From Rhodosorus marinus CCMP1338 (lineage: Eukaryota; Plantae; Rhodophyta): 64,000 nucleotides of DNA. This document shows, piece after piece, positions 46,506-59,499 of this stretch. Position numbers and translations under genes: made by a program. The number at the start of each line of letters is the position of its first letter. Positions within the stretch are counted from its first letter, which is position 1. The notes under the pieces are model-generated. The model was not told the DNA's origin and searched no databases. It saw only the letters and a list, made by a program, of their open reading frames with translations. The stretch covers positions 682,001 through 746,000 of the forward strand of contig JAMWBK010000011.1 in the NCBI GenBank assembly GCA_029953675.1. The letters run 5' to 3'.

Positions 46506-46950
46506 AAGGTATTGCGCGTGTACAAGACCTCTTTGTTCCTTCTTCGGGCCGTGACACGGATCGGAGCCAAGCCCTCGGAACTCGACCGAGACCCTGTCCT
46601 AAGAGGATCCACATGATCCGCCAACCGGGGCAGCAGAACCATGCAGCCTCTACATGTAGCGCCAGCAGGTGTGTTCCCACCACTGATGCTCCCGCCGCGA
46701 ATCGAAAAGGTTTCAGACGCCATCTCAACTGAACAGAGAATCCAAATAGATCTGAACCCTTGCTCAAGGCGGACCGATGATATTATGCTGCCGTTCGACG
46801 TCCAATGTTCCAGCGCTATTAAGTTCGGCCCACATTCTTTAAACAATTAACAAACTTCCTGATTTTGAACTATCCATGACGCTTCTGCATCGCGAATATC
46901 CACCAAAACTATGTTCGCTTCCGACAAAACCACAAAAAATCCACTCAAGA
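46484..46950 (-). pseudogene. Decayed finger-less family copy convergent on ZF3
   Basis: FCGFVGSEHSFGGY (46897-46946) resembles VMGSWGDEHEFGVG, and ISSVRLEQG resembles CVSVRVERK. Confidence 0.4.
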
Positions 46951-48504
46951 CGAGAATCTGGACAAGCATGCGCGGAGATAGGTCAGCACAGCTCGCAAAT
47001 AATGGACATCAGCTTCTTCGAGTATCCGCAGCGTTACATGCACACACCGAGCACGCGCCTGCTGTTATAACGACGGAAGCCCTGCCAGCCTGATTCCAAG
47101 ACCATCGAAACGAATGAATATATTCATAGCACGAGATGCGCGCTCAGCATGAGTTCCAATAGTGGATACTATTGACACGTGATGGTACGCAGCACAAATA
47201 GGAAAGCACCATTGATCTCTCGGAATTGTCTTCATGGTCTTTGCTAGTATTTACCTTGGGATGTGGTGGAGCAACTGAGCGACACGAATCCGTAAGCTAC
47301 TGTTTCCGTCGTTTCAGGAACACAGGCGCGAGAGCACAATGAGGGGAATTCTGAAGTGTGCGCCAGCCTGTTGGTGTTTTTTGTGTTTGGACGAGGCTGT
47401 CCTCTTGGTTCTTTTGAGAATTCCATCACATTTCCCAAGATCTCTTGCCATGGGCGACAGTCCTAGACCCAACCCGGTTCAGCTTGACTATGAAGATCTT
47501 TTTTCGTTTAGTTCTTCTCTAACCCCATACACCTCTTCGTTTGAGCGCATATAGAAGAAGAAGGATTTTGCCCCAGGTCCCGCTTCTTGGCGTGAAGAGG
47601 CAACTTGACGCGGGGCCGGGTGCAAACTTTTTCAAAGGTGTTTCCTCAAATTGTGCATTGCGGGGAAAAACCAAATTGCTCCTCGCTCCGTATCCAATTT
47701 CACCCTCGACAGTTCGAAGTCAAGTCGCTACCCAGCTGAGTAACCCAGCAGTACTAAACCCCCCAGATACGACGAGTCCCCCAACTCCTCACCCAGAATT
47801 CAGCCATACCAGAAAAAAAGAGCTCGACAAAATCTTCATCATTTCTCCATAAAAGCCATTTTTTTGCCTTTGTTTTTCCACGCAAAAACGGGGAACATAT
47901 CGAACACGGGTCAAAATACCTCCAAAAATAACCATAAAACATTTATATAACGCGAAACACTTAACCTGCTTGAACGTCCATTTTATTTGTGCTGCACACT
48001 CAACAGTGTATTTATTAACATTTCACTTCTTTCATCACGGAACTTAGTTTTTGAAATATTCCTCCAAGCTGAGCACAGTCGGCCGCCGGATTGCAAATTT
48101 TACTTCCGTTATATTAAATCCTCCAAACACAGACTATTTTGTCTTGCATTCATTCTACAACGACAGCAATTAATTGATTATGATTGGCTAACACAGACTC
48201 TTTCGAGATGATTTGTTTTTGCCATTTAATCTCCCACGAAAAGAAATTGAGTAGTTTTATAAGCCCGGAAGACGTTCGCCACGTTTTTACCGTAAAAAAC
48301 AATTAGAAAATGGTGCCGTTTGTTGTATTTTCAATAACTTTTCGAATGAAAACGAAAAAAAAAGAGCCCATGCCCAGTCTCGTATTATCAACTGTTTAGA
48401 ATTCCATGGATGACCAGAAATCCGGTACTTTTGCTTTTTTCCGTTTGAGAACTCCTTTTCCTTTTGTCTTCGAGGAAGGAAGCCAAGCGCGGGTGAAAAC
48501 CAGT

Positions 48505-49125
48505 CTTGTCATAACCTGTCCGATAAACGTTTTATCGGACGCGTCGGATAATTTTTTTTGCTGGTAGATTATTGAATAAATGTAGAAAACAAGACGGTAA
48601 CCGGTCGAAACTCTTCAAAAAAAAGATAACAGGTCCCATATATGTCCAATATTCAATCAACATTAATCTATAATCAATCATCTCCATTCCATATATTAAA
48701 TCATGATTACTTTTTGTACTGACCAGCGGTATTGCATTTAGATTACTTTTGAGATGGACAGACTGTCGAAGAGAATTGTTAGAACTGTTCAGGGAGGTTC
48801 TTACAAGAATCTAATGGTTTTCCAGAATACTCAAATTGGAAGGGAATGATTATGGATTAATTTGGCATCCACGCAGTTTTCGCGTCAATTTCCGGAGGAA
48901 GAAGATTGAATTTCAATCAATATTTACCGTAGATTGAAATCAATCGGACACCAAGCTGTCGCTTATTGAAGGATACCCTCTATTTTCTTTTTTAAACAGG
49001 TGAAATAGATTTGTATCGGATAGAGGCCAAGAGACTCCAAATCCACTCATGATTATTTAATTAGAGGACGAATAAGACATTATCGGACATTATCGGACTT
49101 TTTTTCAGACGAAAAGGACAACCGA
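48505..49125 (+). mobile_element. Non-coding dispersed element (MITE/Helentron-like), copy 2
   Basis: Hairpin GTCCGATAAA-CGT-TTTATCGGAC (48518-48540), GACAGACTGTC (48757), TTATCGGAC repeats at about 49080-49098. Homologous to 13125-13690 reversed. Confidence 0.6.
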
Positions 49126-49924
49126 GTCAAGAATATAGGATGCTAAAGTCTGGATTGCGTAGTGGGAGATCTCTTCGCGTTTGCTAAAAAGAGCTGGGAG
49201 GCGGGTGCTAATTTACATATCTGTTTTATTATTAATATTATTCAGTTTTTGTTTCGGATGAATCAAATTTGCTTTGGTTTTAGTTGCTCTGGTTGGACGG
49301 GGGTGGTGGCTGGGTGCTTGCTGGCATGCGCTCGATATCGGGGCTCTCAGGGAGCAGGGGGTTTGAAGTGCGTTTTGCTTCCTTTTTTCTGTGTTTTTGT
49401 CGGCTCGATCCCTTCCGGAGCAAAGGTGGGCCGGTTAATCATCAGCGGGCAGGGCGAGTATAGTATCGCCTGTCAGTTGTTGGAAGCGACTGGTGTTATT
49501 GTGTCTTAGAAGTTGGGGTACGTAAAAATTTGTGTCCTGTAAAAAATTACCGGAACTGAAACTGATGATCTTTGAGTGGACAACTGCATCTTGGGTATAG
49601 AAGCTTTGCCGTGTGGAGAGCCGTTTTGTGTATTGTGTGTGTATGTGTTTGGGCGAGGTGTGGAGTGGATAAGAACAAGAACAAAGAGCAACATGGGTTG
49701 AATTGTGAGGCGGACTACCACGTAGGATGTGACATTGTAAGGATAGCGTTGCGTCAGCTCAGATCGACTAGAGATCAAAGGGTGCTGGGGCGTGGGAAGG
49801 CAACGGCAGGTCTTGCGAGACTTTGGGTTTTCTCAGGGCTTATGCTGTTGTGGAGATCTCGGAAGTCAAGCTGTCAAGGATGTCCAGGTCGAGGCTGCGC
49901 CAGTGATATGATAGGTTCTGGAGA

Positions 49925-51160
49925 ATGGAAAAAGGTGAGCTTCAGTTGGACTTCGTCTTGAGGCACACAGTGGAAGATGACGGTGGAATATGCAGTATGG
50001 GAGTGCTCTCGGCATTGTCGGAGGGGGAGAAGTCGTGGATTCTATTTAAAGACAACAAACTCTTGTCCACGACCAGTCCTGCGCGAGGGAGAAAGGTTCT
50101 TAGTTTCTCGCGTTTGAATGGTTCACCTGAGTCGGGTTTGCTCGAAAAGTTGCTCTGTTCATACCTCGTTATGGGATCGTGGGGAGATGAACATGAATTT
50201 GGGGTGGGTGGTGCGTTGTATGAGGACGGTGTTGCCGCGATGCCGATGCGATATGTGGTGGTTCGTGATGCTAGCCAGGTGATGTCCACGATAATTTCCA
50301 TACGAGAAGTAGACGGTTCGTTCGTAGTTTGCTCGTGGACGGTAGTGAATGAGTCTTTGGTGGAGATTGAGATTGGCCGAGTGGATAGCGAAGGAGAAAG
50401 TTGTGCAGAGCAAGTGAAGACCGTTGGGGAACGGAGGACGAGTGGCGCGGAAGCCTCGGGATTCCCGGTATGCGTACTCGAAGAGCGGGTTGTATCGAAC
50501 GGAGTTGGTTCGAGGTTTAAAGAGAGCGGCAGGCATCGGGAGATCGGGGCGTTCTCACCCTCGGTGAACGGCGTGTGGTTTCTACCTGACGAGCCCTTCA
50601 ACATCTCAGATTTTCTGATGAAGGCCACCTTCTCCTCGACAACTGAGGTTGTTGAGAAAGTGTGCTCTCAGTTTGAACAACTCCGGAGGTCCTCATCCAG
50701 GCAGATGGATGCGCCCCCTCCAGCGGAGGCAGAACTCATGGAACCAACGGAACGAGAAGTTTCATTGCCCACAATAACAACCTCTTCCGCCGCAGTAAAA
50801 CCCTCTGATCCGAACAAGCCCTTCAAGTGCGAATCTTGTCATATGTCGTTCAAATCAAATTATGAACAGATTCGACACAGAAGGAACGTCCATGAGGGGA
50901 GCAGGGCGTATCCTTGTCGCCATTGCAGGAGAAGTTTTTCTCAGTCGGGACATAGGAACGGACACGAGCGAAAGGAGCACCTTGGTCAGGGAGAAGTGTG
51001 CGGCTTATGCGGCAAGAAGTTCGGCGTGAAATCCAAGTTGGAGAGGCATGTGAGAACAGTTCACGAAAACATTCGAAACTACGAGTGCCCTAGATGTGGA
51101 CTGAGATTCAAGCAGGCGAACCACCTTCAGAAGCATCAAACCACCCGCCATAGGCCTTAG
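49925..51160 (+). CDS. ZF4: family N-terminal domain plus four C2H2 fingers, intronless
   Basis: 411-aa ORF with CESC..SNYEQIRH, CRHC..QSGHRNGH, CGLC..VKSKLERH and CPRC..QANHLQKH. N-domain collinear with ZF3 and ZF5. Confidence 0.88.
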   Translation: MEKGELQLDFVLRHTVEDDGGICSMGVLSALSEGEKSWILFKDNKLLSTTSPARGRKVLSFSRLNGSPESGLLEKLLCSYLVMGSWGDEHEFGVGGALYEDGVAAMPMRYVVVRDASQVMSTIISIREVDGSFVVCSWTVVNESLVEIEIGRVDSEGESCAEQVKTVGERRTSGAEASGFPVCVLEERVVSNGVGSRFKESGRHREIGAFSPSVNGVWFLPDEPFNISDFLMKATFSSTTEVVEKVCSQFEQLRRSSSRQMDAPPPAEAELMEPTEREVSLPTITTSSAAVKPSDPNKPFKCESCHMSFKSNYEQIRHRRNVHEGSRAYPCRHCRRSFSQSGHRNGHERKEHLGQGEVCGLCGKKFGVKSKLERHVRTVHENIRNYECPRCGLRFKQANHLQKHQTTRHRP

Positions 51161-51499
51161 TTCTCACAACGCACATCAGTCCTCCCATGCGCTGGGGCCT
51201 GCTTGAACTCAAGTGCTCAAACATGGCTGATGTACCGTCGCCAATCGGTGCAATCCAGACTCCATACAGAGTCATGAATAGCGCTGATTCTTTGAAAGAG
51301 GTGCTGGAGAGAAGGCTGTACAGATGCCCAATCCATCACCAACACACCCAGTGGCCTAACTACATCAGAGAGTTATGTGAGAGAGTTGGAGGAAGGTCGA
51401 ACGAACTAACTCTTCGTTCAATTGTAGAGTAAATCAATCAACACGTCGAGCTTCACGGACCGTATTGTAAAAGTTGTGAGACTGCTTATTCACATGAAT

Positions 51500-53000
51500 G
51501 GTCTAAAGGTGGTGCTTTGATACAACTTTTACTTCAATCCAAGTTAGCAGATGTGCAACCTACGTACAGAAAGGTTGGATTCCTTAAGCAATTCTCTGGA
51601 GAAGGAGGGTTCGACACGAACAATCCCGTTTCCGTGAAATTCCTTCCCGCATTTAAGAAACATCTTGAGCGTAGAGGGGAGGCACTGGGTTCGGTCAGGG
51701 CCGGACTTAATTGGAAGCTGTGGCTCAGGAATGCCAAGTTGGCGGTTGACGCAATAGCAATCGATTTCTCCACGCCCAGCGTCCTCCTTCGAAGGCTAGT
51801 CTACTAGTCCGGTGTGCGGTTTCCTTTTCTTAGCGCCACCGTGGTGGTTGCTAGTACAGTATCCACTTTCATGGATTCGGTTGGTTCCCGTCAGCTTCAC
51901 AAAATGTTCCATGTGCGCCCAGATCGGCTCTACCTCGCAGTTTAGCCGTTTGAGTTTTCCGTTGTGGCTATGAATGCTCCGTGTACACTGAAGCGACCGA
52001 CTTACGCGCTTACCATAGTCCCGTTTTTCTCTTGTCGGTCCGCTATGTTGTCTCCGAATATGCACATATTTTCCAACGAAGGAACAGCGCCTTGTTGCCG
52101 AACTCGTTGTCACCTGTGAAGATAGCCGTTGCACGATTTACGGAGATCTTGCTGTTCCGAATCCACAAGCTATCCGTGTTTTGCTGATGGCAGGGCAACG
52201 CCGTGGAGCTGCTGCTGCCACCATCGCCGTCGAAAAGCGGTTAAGTACGCATGTGCGTTGTCTACCTCGGGAATTCGCAATCCGGCTTTGGCTAATACAA
52301 GCTCATCGCCTGGTACCTCTGGTAATTGAGTTTTTAGGCTTCCTGGAGCCAGAATTCCAAAACCTTACGAAGATGCCGACCACAAATTATCTATACCATT
52401 TCGCATGGCATTGTTTGTGACCTAAGCAATAGTACAAATTCAATACAACGTTCGATTTTTTCCCCGACGGGCACACGTGATGTCATCCTCATCACGGTCT
52501 TCTGTAATACGGTCCGAATCGGCTGATTCCTCATTTCCCCGAGGGACTTGTTAGAGAAAGGACCGTAGGGCACGCTTTTGTCATTTTCACGCGTATTACC
52601 AAGGTCCTGACTACCTTGAGGAGCGTAAAGGGAAACGCTGATTACACACGTCCAACACTTGTTTGCTGTATACTTTCGTCAACAACCTAGACGTAAGTCC
52701 CGAATAGTGATTTATAAAATGCCGGAATCGGACTTCATGTTTTCAGAGCGGATCAACGGGCACAAGATCTGTTCTGCTTGCAACATCCAAAAAGTGATAT
52801 CTGAACACATAAAGGTTGAAGCATAGGTTGTCGTCGTAGCACACTTCGACAAGAGCAAAACATTGCCATTGCTCAAAGTACACAAATGTGGCAACTAGTT
52901 TCGACTCCACGGAACCAAGAACTACGAAGTATTCCCATCCAAACCGTACATAACACCCAGCCAAGATCTCCTTCTCGCACAATTAAATATGCTCCGCATC
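51500..53000 (-). pseudogene. Possible heavily decayed family copy convergent on ZF4
   Basis: Scattered fragments RIAC..TSSATRRCSF and TQCLPSTLK resemble DLAC..FELQRTCSF and CKCPSTLK. Weak. Confidence 0.22.
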
Positions 53001-54135
53001 CCATTTCCAATTCGTTTGACCCAATTTCTTTTCTCTGCTTTTTAGCGAACGGGGTGCTTACAGCCTTCCTTGAGAGTTCCGGGGGGTCCTCACTCCTCAA
53101 GAGATATTCTTCTTATCCCCTACCTTTCTCTCTACTGGAGCGACAATATCGGCCTTCCCCAAAATCACTAAGGTTCCGGTCGTTGATGATGGCTCCCTTT
53201 CTCCAGTGGACGATTATACGTTTCATAATCAAGACACAAATACGGACAAATATAACTACATCAACCCAAATAATTACTGATAGAGATATTTTATTTTCAA
53301 ATAATAATATTATCTTCCAACTTCAAGGACCTTCCAATCATGAATTAGACTTCCCGGCGGTCGGACTGACTAAAGAATGGACAGTTTTCTTAGTATTTCC
53401 TTTTCTTTTTTTGATGGTATTTGCAATGGAAATTTTTGTATTTTGTTATTTTGTTAACGGCAGGTCTGGCGATCAGATTGAATTGCCAGGGCGAGGGCGA
53501 GAGTAAGTAGAAATATCGATGAAATTTACATATTTTTCCGGATGATTAGTTTCTCCATGTAGTTAAAAGGTGATACCGGTGTCAGCTATGGAGATAAGAA
53601 ATTGGAAAACTTTTAGTAGGAAAGGATGCCATGTCGAGCATTCATGAAATGGAATGAAATTTAAGTGGAAGCGTAGAAACTACGACGTCTGGGTATTGTA
53701 AGAATGAAAGTTGAGGTTTTCTTACTGGAAGTAATTGGGAACTCTAATTTTATTTTTTTTTGGTATTGATCGCCTGTGGAACTGCTGTTGAAGTTGGGAG
53801 TAAAATGTTGTCAAGTTGTATTGAGGGTGGCGCTTGGCAGAAGGAATCGGTGGGGGAGAAGGCTATCACTAGAATGAGAATTCGACGTCGAATGGAGAGG
53901 GTGCTTTTATTTTTTGGTAAGGGAAACGTAATGTGCGGGCAGTGTGGAAGTAATATTGAGGGGTTGTTGAAATAGGCGAGTGCGGCTGCACAAAAGTGGT
54001 TGACGCGTTCCTGCTAATGGGGAGCGGTTGTTCGTTTAGTCCGCTGTAGGCGCAAGGTTGAGAGTTCTTATCTGCTTCTCGGACCTGATTGGTGTGATAT
54101 GGAACCGCGCTCTTGAGATGGATCCCGTTGAGTCC

Positions 54136-54374
54136 TTTTTGTTACTTAAGGTGGGCTTCAATGTGTGGCCCACCGATAGCGTGGTACCTATGCCATCTGG
54201 GATATGGTTCTGTCAGGATTGGAGGAAGTTAGTTGCAGATTGGGTGCTATATGATTTTTGTTACTTAAGGTGGGCTTCAATGTGTGGCCCACCGATAGCG
54301 TGGTACCTATGCCATCTGGGATATGGTTCTGTCAGGATTGGAGGAAGTTAGTTGCAGATTGGGTGCTATATGAT
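54136..54374. repeat. Perfect 119-bp tandem duplication ending at the ZF5 start codon
   Basis: tttttgttacttaaggtgggc...gggtgctatatga at 54136 and 54255. Confidence 0.97.
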
Positions 54375-55616
54375 GGAGAGTTGCCAACTGCTCATGGATT
54401 CTAGTATTCCCCTTGACATTTCTTTCTTCGAGGATGGGATCCTCGGCTATCATCATAGAATGGGTACCTTTGAAGTGCTATGTACCATCTCGGGTGCGAC
54501 CAAGTCATGGCTTCTATTTGAGAACGAAACAGGTTTAGAATGGTCTGCTAGACCATACGAGCAGAGATCGCAGGTGCTCAGTTTTTCGCGACTACAGGGC
54601 TCGCCGGGACCGGAACTGCTTGAAAAGCTGCTCTGTTTGTATCTGGTGAGGATTTCTGCGGACGAGCAGAACCTGATTGGAAGCGGCTACGCACTCTCTG
54701 AGGACGGAGTTGCGGCTTTTCCGATGCGTCATGTGGTGCCGGGCAGGTGATGACTATATTTTCTATACTCGACGCGGATGGAAACGTATCCGTTTGCTCG
54801 TGGAAGGAGTTGAGCGAGTGCCTCGTAGAGATTCAGATCAGTAGGGTTAACGGCGAGGGCTATTTCATCAGAGAGCGGATCAAGTACTGGGGAGAGAGGA
54901 GTACGAGTACTGGTGCGTCTTCAGGGTCGCTTTGGGGCTTTTGGGAGGAGAGTTGAGCAGTACCCCAAGTTGGCCCGAGATTTGACCTTGAAGCCGCGGA
55001 TCAAAGGCTAGGCATCTTCTCAGGCTCGATGAACGGGTTATGGCTTCTTCGAGATGAGCTTTCTTCGGACTTGGACGTGATGCTTAAAGCAACTTTCACC
55101 TCTGAAACCGAAGCAATTGAGAGAGTGAACTCTCAAATTGAAGCGTGCAAACTCAGAAAAGAGTTTCTGCAAGAGCTCGATCTTCTTTTGTCCGAACCGA
55201 ACTCTACTTCTGGAACGGAAGAGTCGTTGAGATCTCACAAGAAGCACAAGTGTCAATGCGGAATCTCATTCAGAACGTTTTACCAGCTAACGCGGCATAA
55301 GAAATGGGTTCACGAGGGGAGGAAGGAATATTCTTGTGGGCACTGCTCCCGGCGCTTTTCCCAATCCGGACACAGGAACGAGCACGAGCGCCAGGTGCAT
55401 TTGCGCGATGCGTTAGTGTGTGAATACTGCGGCAAAATGTTCGGTATTAAGTCCAGAATGGACAGACATATCAGAGCCGTGCACGAAAACGTTCGAGATC
55501 ACGAGTGCACGCTGTGTGGAAAGATGTTCAAGGAGAGAAACCACCTACAGAAGCACCTGCGTTGTACACACTCGCATGAATCACAGGTACATCAAGATGC
55601 TGGGGCAAGTTTTTGA
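54370..55616 (+). pseudogene. ZF5: paralogue of ZF4 with a frameshift (about 54740) and an in-frame TGA (54954-54956); finger ORF 55029-55616 intact
   Basis: Three collinear segments align to ZF4 (VLSFSRLQGSP, AAFPMRHVV, VSVCSW..VEIQISRV, MNGLWLL). Four intact fingers. Confidence 0.8.
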
Positions 55617-55712
55617 TCAAGTTTCACCGTATTCGGATGCTCATGGCCAGCAAAGCCCTGAACGACACACCGAAGACATTTTTGAAGCCACAGAGGCTTC
55701 TTATCCTTAATA

Positions 55713-55845
55713 CAGCCAATCACAAAAGTGAATGGCCATGTTAGAGGCTTAAAGACCAATTAAATTAACTATTACGCAGATTATGAATCTTAAAAACATC
55801 TATTGGTCTAATGCGCATATTATCCTACGGTTCTATCCAATCGTC
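55713..55845 (+). promoter_or_regulatory. CCAAT-box array / dispersed AT-rich repeat, copy C
   Basis: AGCCAATCA (55714), CCAAT (55756), ATTGG (about 55802), CCAAT (about 55836). Confidence 0.45.
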
Positions 55846-55989
55846 CAGTAAATCCTCTCACTAAAGCCTAACAAAACAAATAAAATACGCTAGTATCCGA
55901 TTTTCTTCCATATTCAAAGAATTTGGATAACGTATTTCCTTAATGTTCGGTCTTAGCTTCAAGCTTAGAGAACTGAAAATAGGTATTCA

Positions 55990-56600
55990 AAGACGATGAG
56001 TATCGTTGATTCCAGAACCTTATCCAGTCGCTGGAATACAGCGTGAAAGACACCGAACTGGCCGCATGTGGGTGACTGCGACATCTGAGAGTTCCTCGCA
56101 GACGCTGATACTACTCTCAGGTGGTGGATAAATTGTTCTTGTCAGTCTGTTCTTGCTGACTTTTGGATTTTAGTCCCGAGTGGGATTTCTGGCCGACCGC
56201 TCCTCGCGAGCACAAATACGCACCGGGCTCATCAACTCACTGATCGAGGACGTTTGAATCAGAGGATATGGAATGGCTAGCAGAATCCAGCTGGATTCCT
56301 TCACGAGTTTTCGTAATTGCCAGAGGATTCGCAGGGATGGAAGCTGTCGTCCGAAGGCGGAATTCTTTGTGAAGAGGAAAACTGACACGACGAGTCTGAG
56401 GGAGTCTGCCTGACAGTTTTATACCCGTTGTCCTCGTTCCAGAGTGACTAGAATATTCAATAAACAATGGATAACCGTGCTCATGCTCCCGTGAGAGCAC
56501 ATCTTGAAAGGAACTTTGAAATACGTTGGCTGAACGAATTGCAACGTTTCCTATGGAGTCTGAACCACTACACGGCTGTCCATCCCAATTCCTGGTTCTG
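55990..56600 (-). pseudogene. Decayed finger-less family copy convergent on ZF5
   Basis: REHEHGY, SNVLDQ (cf. GKVLEQ), VRICAR (56206-56223; cf. QRTCSF) and RFWNQRY (56000-56017; cf. LFWNTY) occur in family order. Confidence 0.35.
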
Positions 56601-58504
56601 TTCTGCTTTCGAGTACAAAGTGGCTAGATGTACCGAAGATTTTCATAAAATCGGGCTAGAAGCAAGCTTTTCATTCCGACTAATAATAACTAGACTTTCC
56701 TCTCGTACAACTCACAATCCTACAGCGAGGATATTCGCGGATCTTTTGATACCCGTCGTAAACCTCTCTCAGAGACTTGCACAGTTATCGCCTCACCAGT
56801 GGCATTCTTCATCCTGATGCGATGCTCCAGGGAACAGGACCGGGCGAATAATTTTCTGCCTGCGAACTTTTGTTTGAGCATATAAGTCGGGGCTTAGAAA
56901 AAGACCAGTAAAAAGAAAATCTGCGAGACTCCTCACCGTATCTGCTTCGACCTATGATCACCATTACACAAACCTCAGTAGAAAACACTCTTACACCTTC
57001 CCCACGCTACTTCCCTTCATCAAACTCATCACTCATTGCAGCATTCCTACGGAGAAGGTCGAGGGCCCCAGCGTGGGCCGTCAGAACCTTCCAATGGTTT
57101 TCTCCCCTCTGCTCAACACTCTTGAAAAACAATACAAAAAAGCTTTTATCAATCATTTTAGTTTAATTAATTACAAAAAGACAAATGATAAAAATAAGAT
57201 TAGTAGTATAAAAAATTGATTCAATCTATACGATTTTGCTGCCCATGTGCATGAAGAAAAAGACTCGGGAAGGTTTTCTTCTCATGTACGCTTTTGAGCC
57301 CTTGGCGACCTTCACTTCACCGTTGTATCTTGAACGGGTGCAATTTTCGCCTTATAAAAACTAAATAGTGTGTTTCTGAAATATTCGGACCACACGCCGA
57401 TCTAGTTGTCTGAGGTCGGAGGGGGGTTCGCTTTTGAGACAAGTTTCAACCTGCATACATCCCAAAACGGGGTTTACCAGAGGGTCCAACAAGGATTATA
57501 CACAAAAATATTTTTATTTCTTGTAGTCGGGGAGGTGGATGAATATTCGGTTATTTTCACAGCAGTGGCGTTACCGCTTAAGCCTCCATATTTAAAGTAG
57601 GTACTGACTTTAATTAAAGACATCATCCTATATAGTTTTCGTACCAACCCTTTGAAGAGTTATTCTGTTTTCCCTATTCTAAATTTGGAGAAGATAGATA
57701 TCAAAAATAGCTTCTCGTTAACTGCGATAAGCCAGATCCCAGAGCGTCGTATTGATTGGTTGCCCTAGGACCATCACTGTTTTCCTACCATATTTATACC
57801 TAATACAAAATTAAAGTAATAGTTTATTACAATAATTTGATCTACGCGTGCTGGTATCTGTAATTTATTTAGATAATCTCATTATCTTGACATGTGTTTC
57901 CAAATAATTTCATCTACGCGTTCTTTCCTTCCTGAGGAACATCAGCATTATGGTAAAACGTTAAGGAAAAATATTGCTTTTTGGGGGCCTCATGTAGGAC
58001 ATTCAGTTTCATTTATCGTGAAGTGTTTTATGGGATTTGGGGCTGCTCAGCTGATTTCTGCCATGTAACCGGATTTTGGACAGTTTTGGCTTTTCCTAAT
58101 ATTTTTCGTTGGCCAAAAATTTTTGCTTAAGAAACATGGGCCCCGGTTGTTTTTTTTTCTCCAGGTTTCAATGAAAGTGGTGCTTGGAGCTGCTGGTGTT
58201 GATGAGTTTAGCCGGACGAGGGCATGTTGTAAGGCGACAGGAGTTGTGTCCGATGTCAGTCCATGTGAAGTTTTCGGATGGGCATTGTCATGCAATGGGA
58301 GCCAAACTTCGACATGTATATATAGTTTCGAAGTTGACCGTAGAGACGATTTCTCACCCGTTCCCTTTCACTCAAAACAAGAGGCTTTCGTGGTTGCAGT
58401 GTTTACGCACAGGAGACGTATTTGAAACAACTGAATGAGAAAGAGTCGTTTGCAGATTAGAGGTCCGAGTTTAATGGTAACTGGTGATTTAATCGGAGGA
58501 GCTA

Positions 58505-59200
58505 ATGCAAATCGGCGGGACGATGGAGTTGTTCGACGAGGTGCTGGACCAGCACGTGAAGGGGATGTTTTTCGAGAATACGGCCATTCCATTGTGTCTG
58601 AGCTTGAGTGACGAGTTCCTGTTCCCGGAGTTTGATGCGGATGGGGATTGCCCTGTTGTTAGAGAAACGCGTATAACCCCCATCGCTATCCCGGAGCCGA
58701 GTACAACGGAGATGCAAAGCATTTTTGACGACATCTTCGAGATTTCGGATGTGAGCTCGCCTTCATCTCCCGTGTCTGTTCAGCCTCGGGAAATGGAGCT
58801 CATTCCCAGTTCACATCTGGTATCGGCGGTTTCAACTGTTTCCAAGGACACCGTATCCTCCACGAGTCAGGGCAAGGGAAGCGAATCCTGCGAAATCACA
58901 GAGTCGAAGAAGCCCAAGCCTTTCACGTGCAGGTACTGTGAACGAAGGTTCTATCAGTCTGGACATAGAAATGAGCACGAGAGGACTATTCACTTTGGAA
59001 ATGGTTACAAATGCAAACCATGTGGGATCCTCTTCGGAAACAAGTCGAAACTTGACAGACACGTCCGATCCGTGCACAATAATGTTCGCAGATTCGAGTG
59101 TGAAGAATGCGGCTTCAAGTTCAAGGAGAAGTGCCACCTGGTGAAGCACGCTAAAGCGCACGAGAGAAAGCGCGTACTTCAAGCAAATATTACCAGATGA
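58505..59200 (+). CDS. ZF6: three-finger C2H2 ORF; broken N-domain sequence upstream (about 58180-58500)
   Basis: CRYC..QSGHRNEH, CKPC..NKSKLDRH, CEEC..EKCHLVKH. Upstream SDGHCHAMGAKLRHVYIV and ERVVCRLEVRV are broken by stops. Confidence 0.8.
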   Translation: MQIGGTMELFDEVLDQHVKGMFFENTAIPLCLSLSDEFLFPEFDADGDCPVVRETRITPIAIPEPSTTEMQSIFDDIFEISDVSSPSSPVSVQPREMELIPSSHLVSAVSTVSKDTVSSTSQGKGSESCEITESKKPKPFTCRYCERRFYQSGHRNEHERTIHFGNGYKCKPCGILFGNKSKLDRHVRSVHNNVRRFECEECGFKFKEKCHLVKHAKAHERKRVLQANITR

Positions 59201-59499
59201 ATTATTAACTTATGTAATGGACAAACTAAAAGAAAAACTACAACACTTTCCGTACAAATTCTTCCCAAGTTATTGCCCAAGAACGTTTTTCAGGCTTGTA
59301 AAAACTCGGACACCGAACTCCGACACGCCAAACCCCCAGTCTTGTTGAAAAAAAACTACGCCAAGGGAAGCTATGGCGACGGGTCCCCTCGCTTGTGACC
59401 CAATTAGCAAGCACGAACAGAAACGAACGTCAGCGTCTGTATGTGGCTGACAAATTATGAAGGAGACGTCGTGCTTGCTAGTTGCTCCCAAGTCGCTCA

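Noticed and set aside
49942-50628. 228-aa minus-strand ORF
   Set aside because: Antisense shadow of ZF4.
20560-58438. In-frame TGA in several family copies (20560, 38914, 54954, 58436) as possible recoding or selenocysteine
   Set aside because: TGA terminates normal genes here (RPA43, HCS, ZF7), the aligned residues are not consistently Cys or Trp, no SECIS is evident, and TGA is a common nonsense product.
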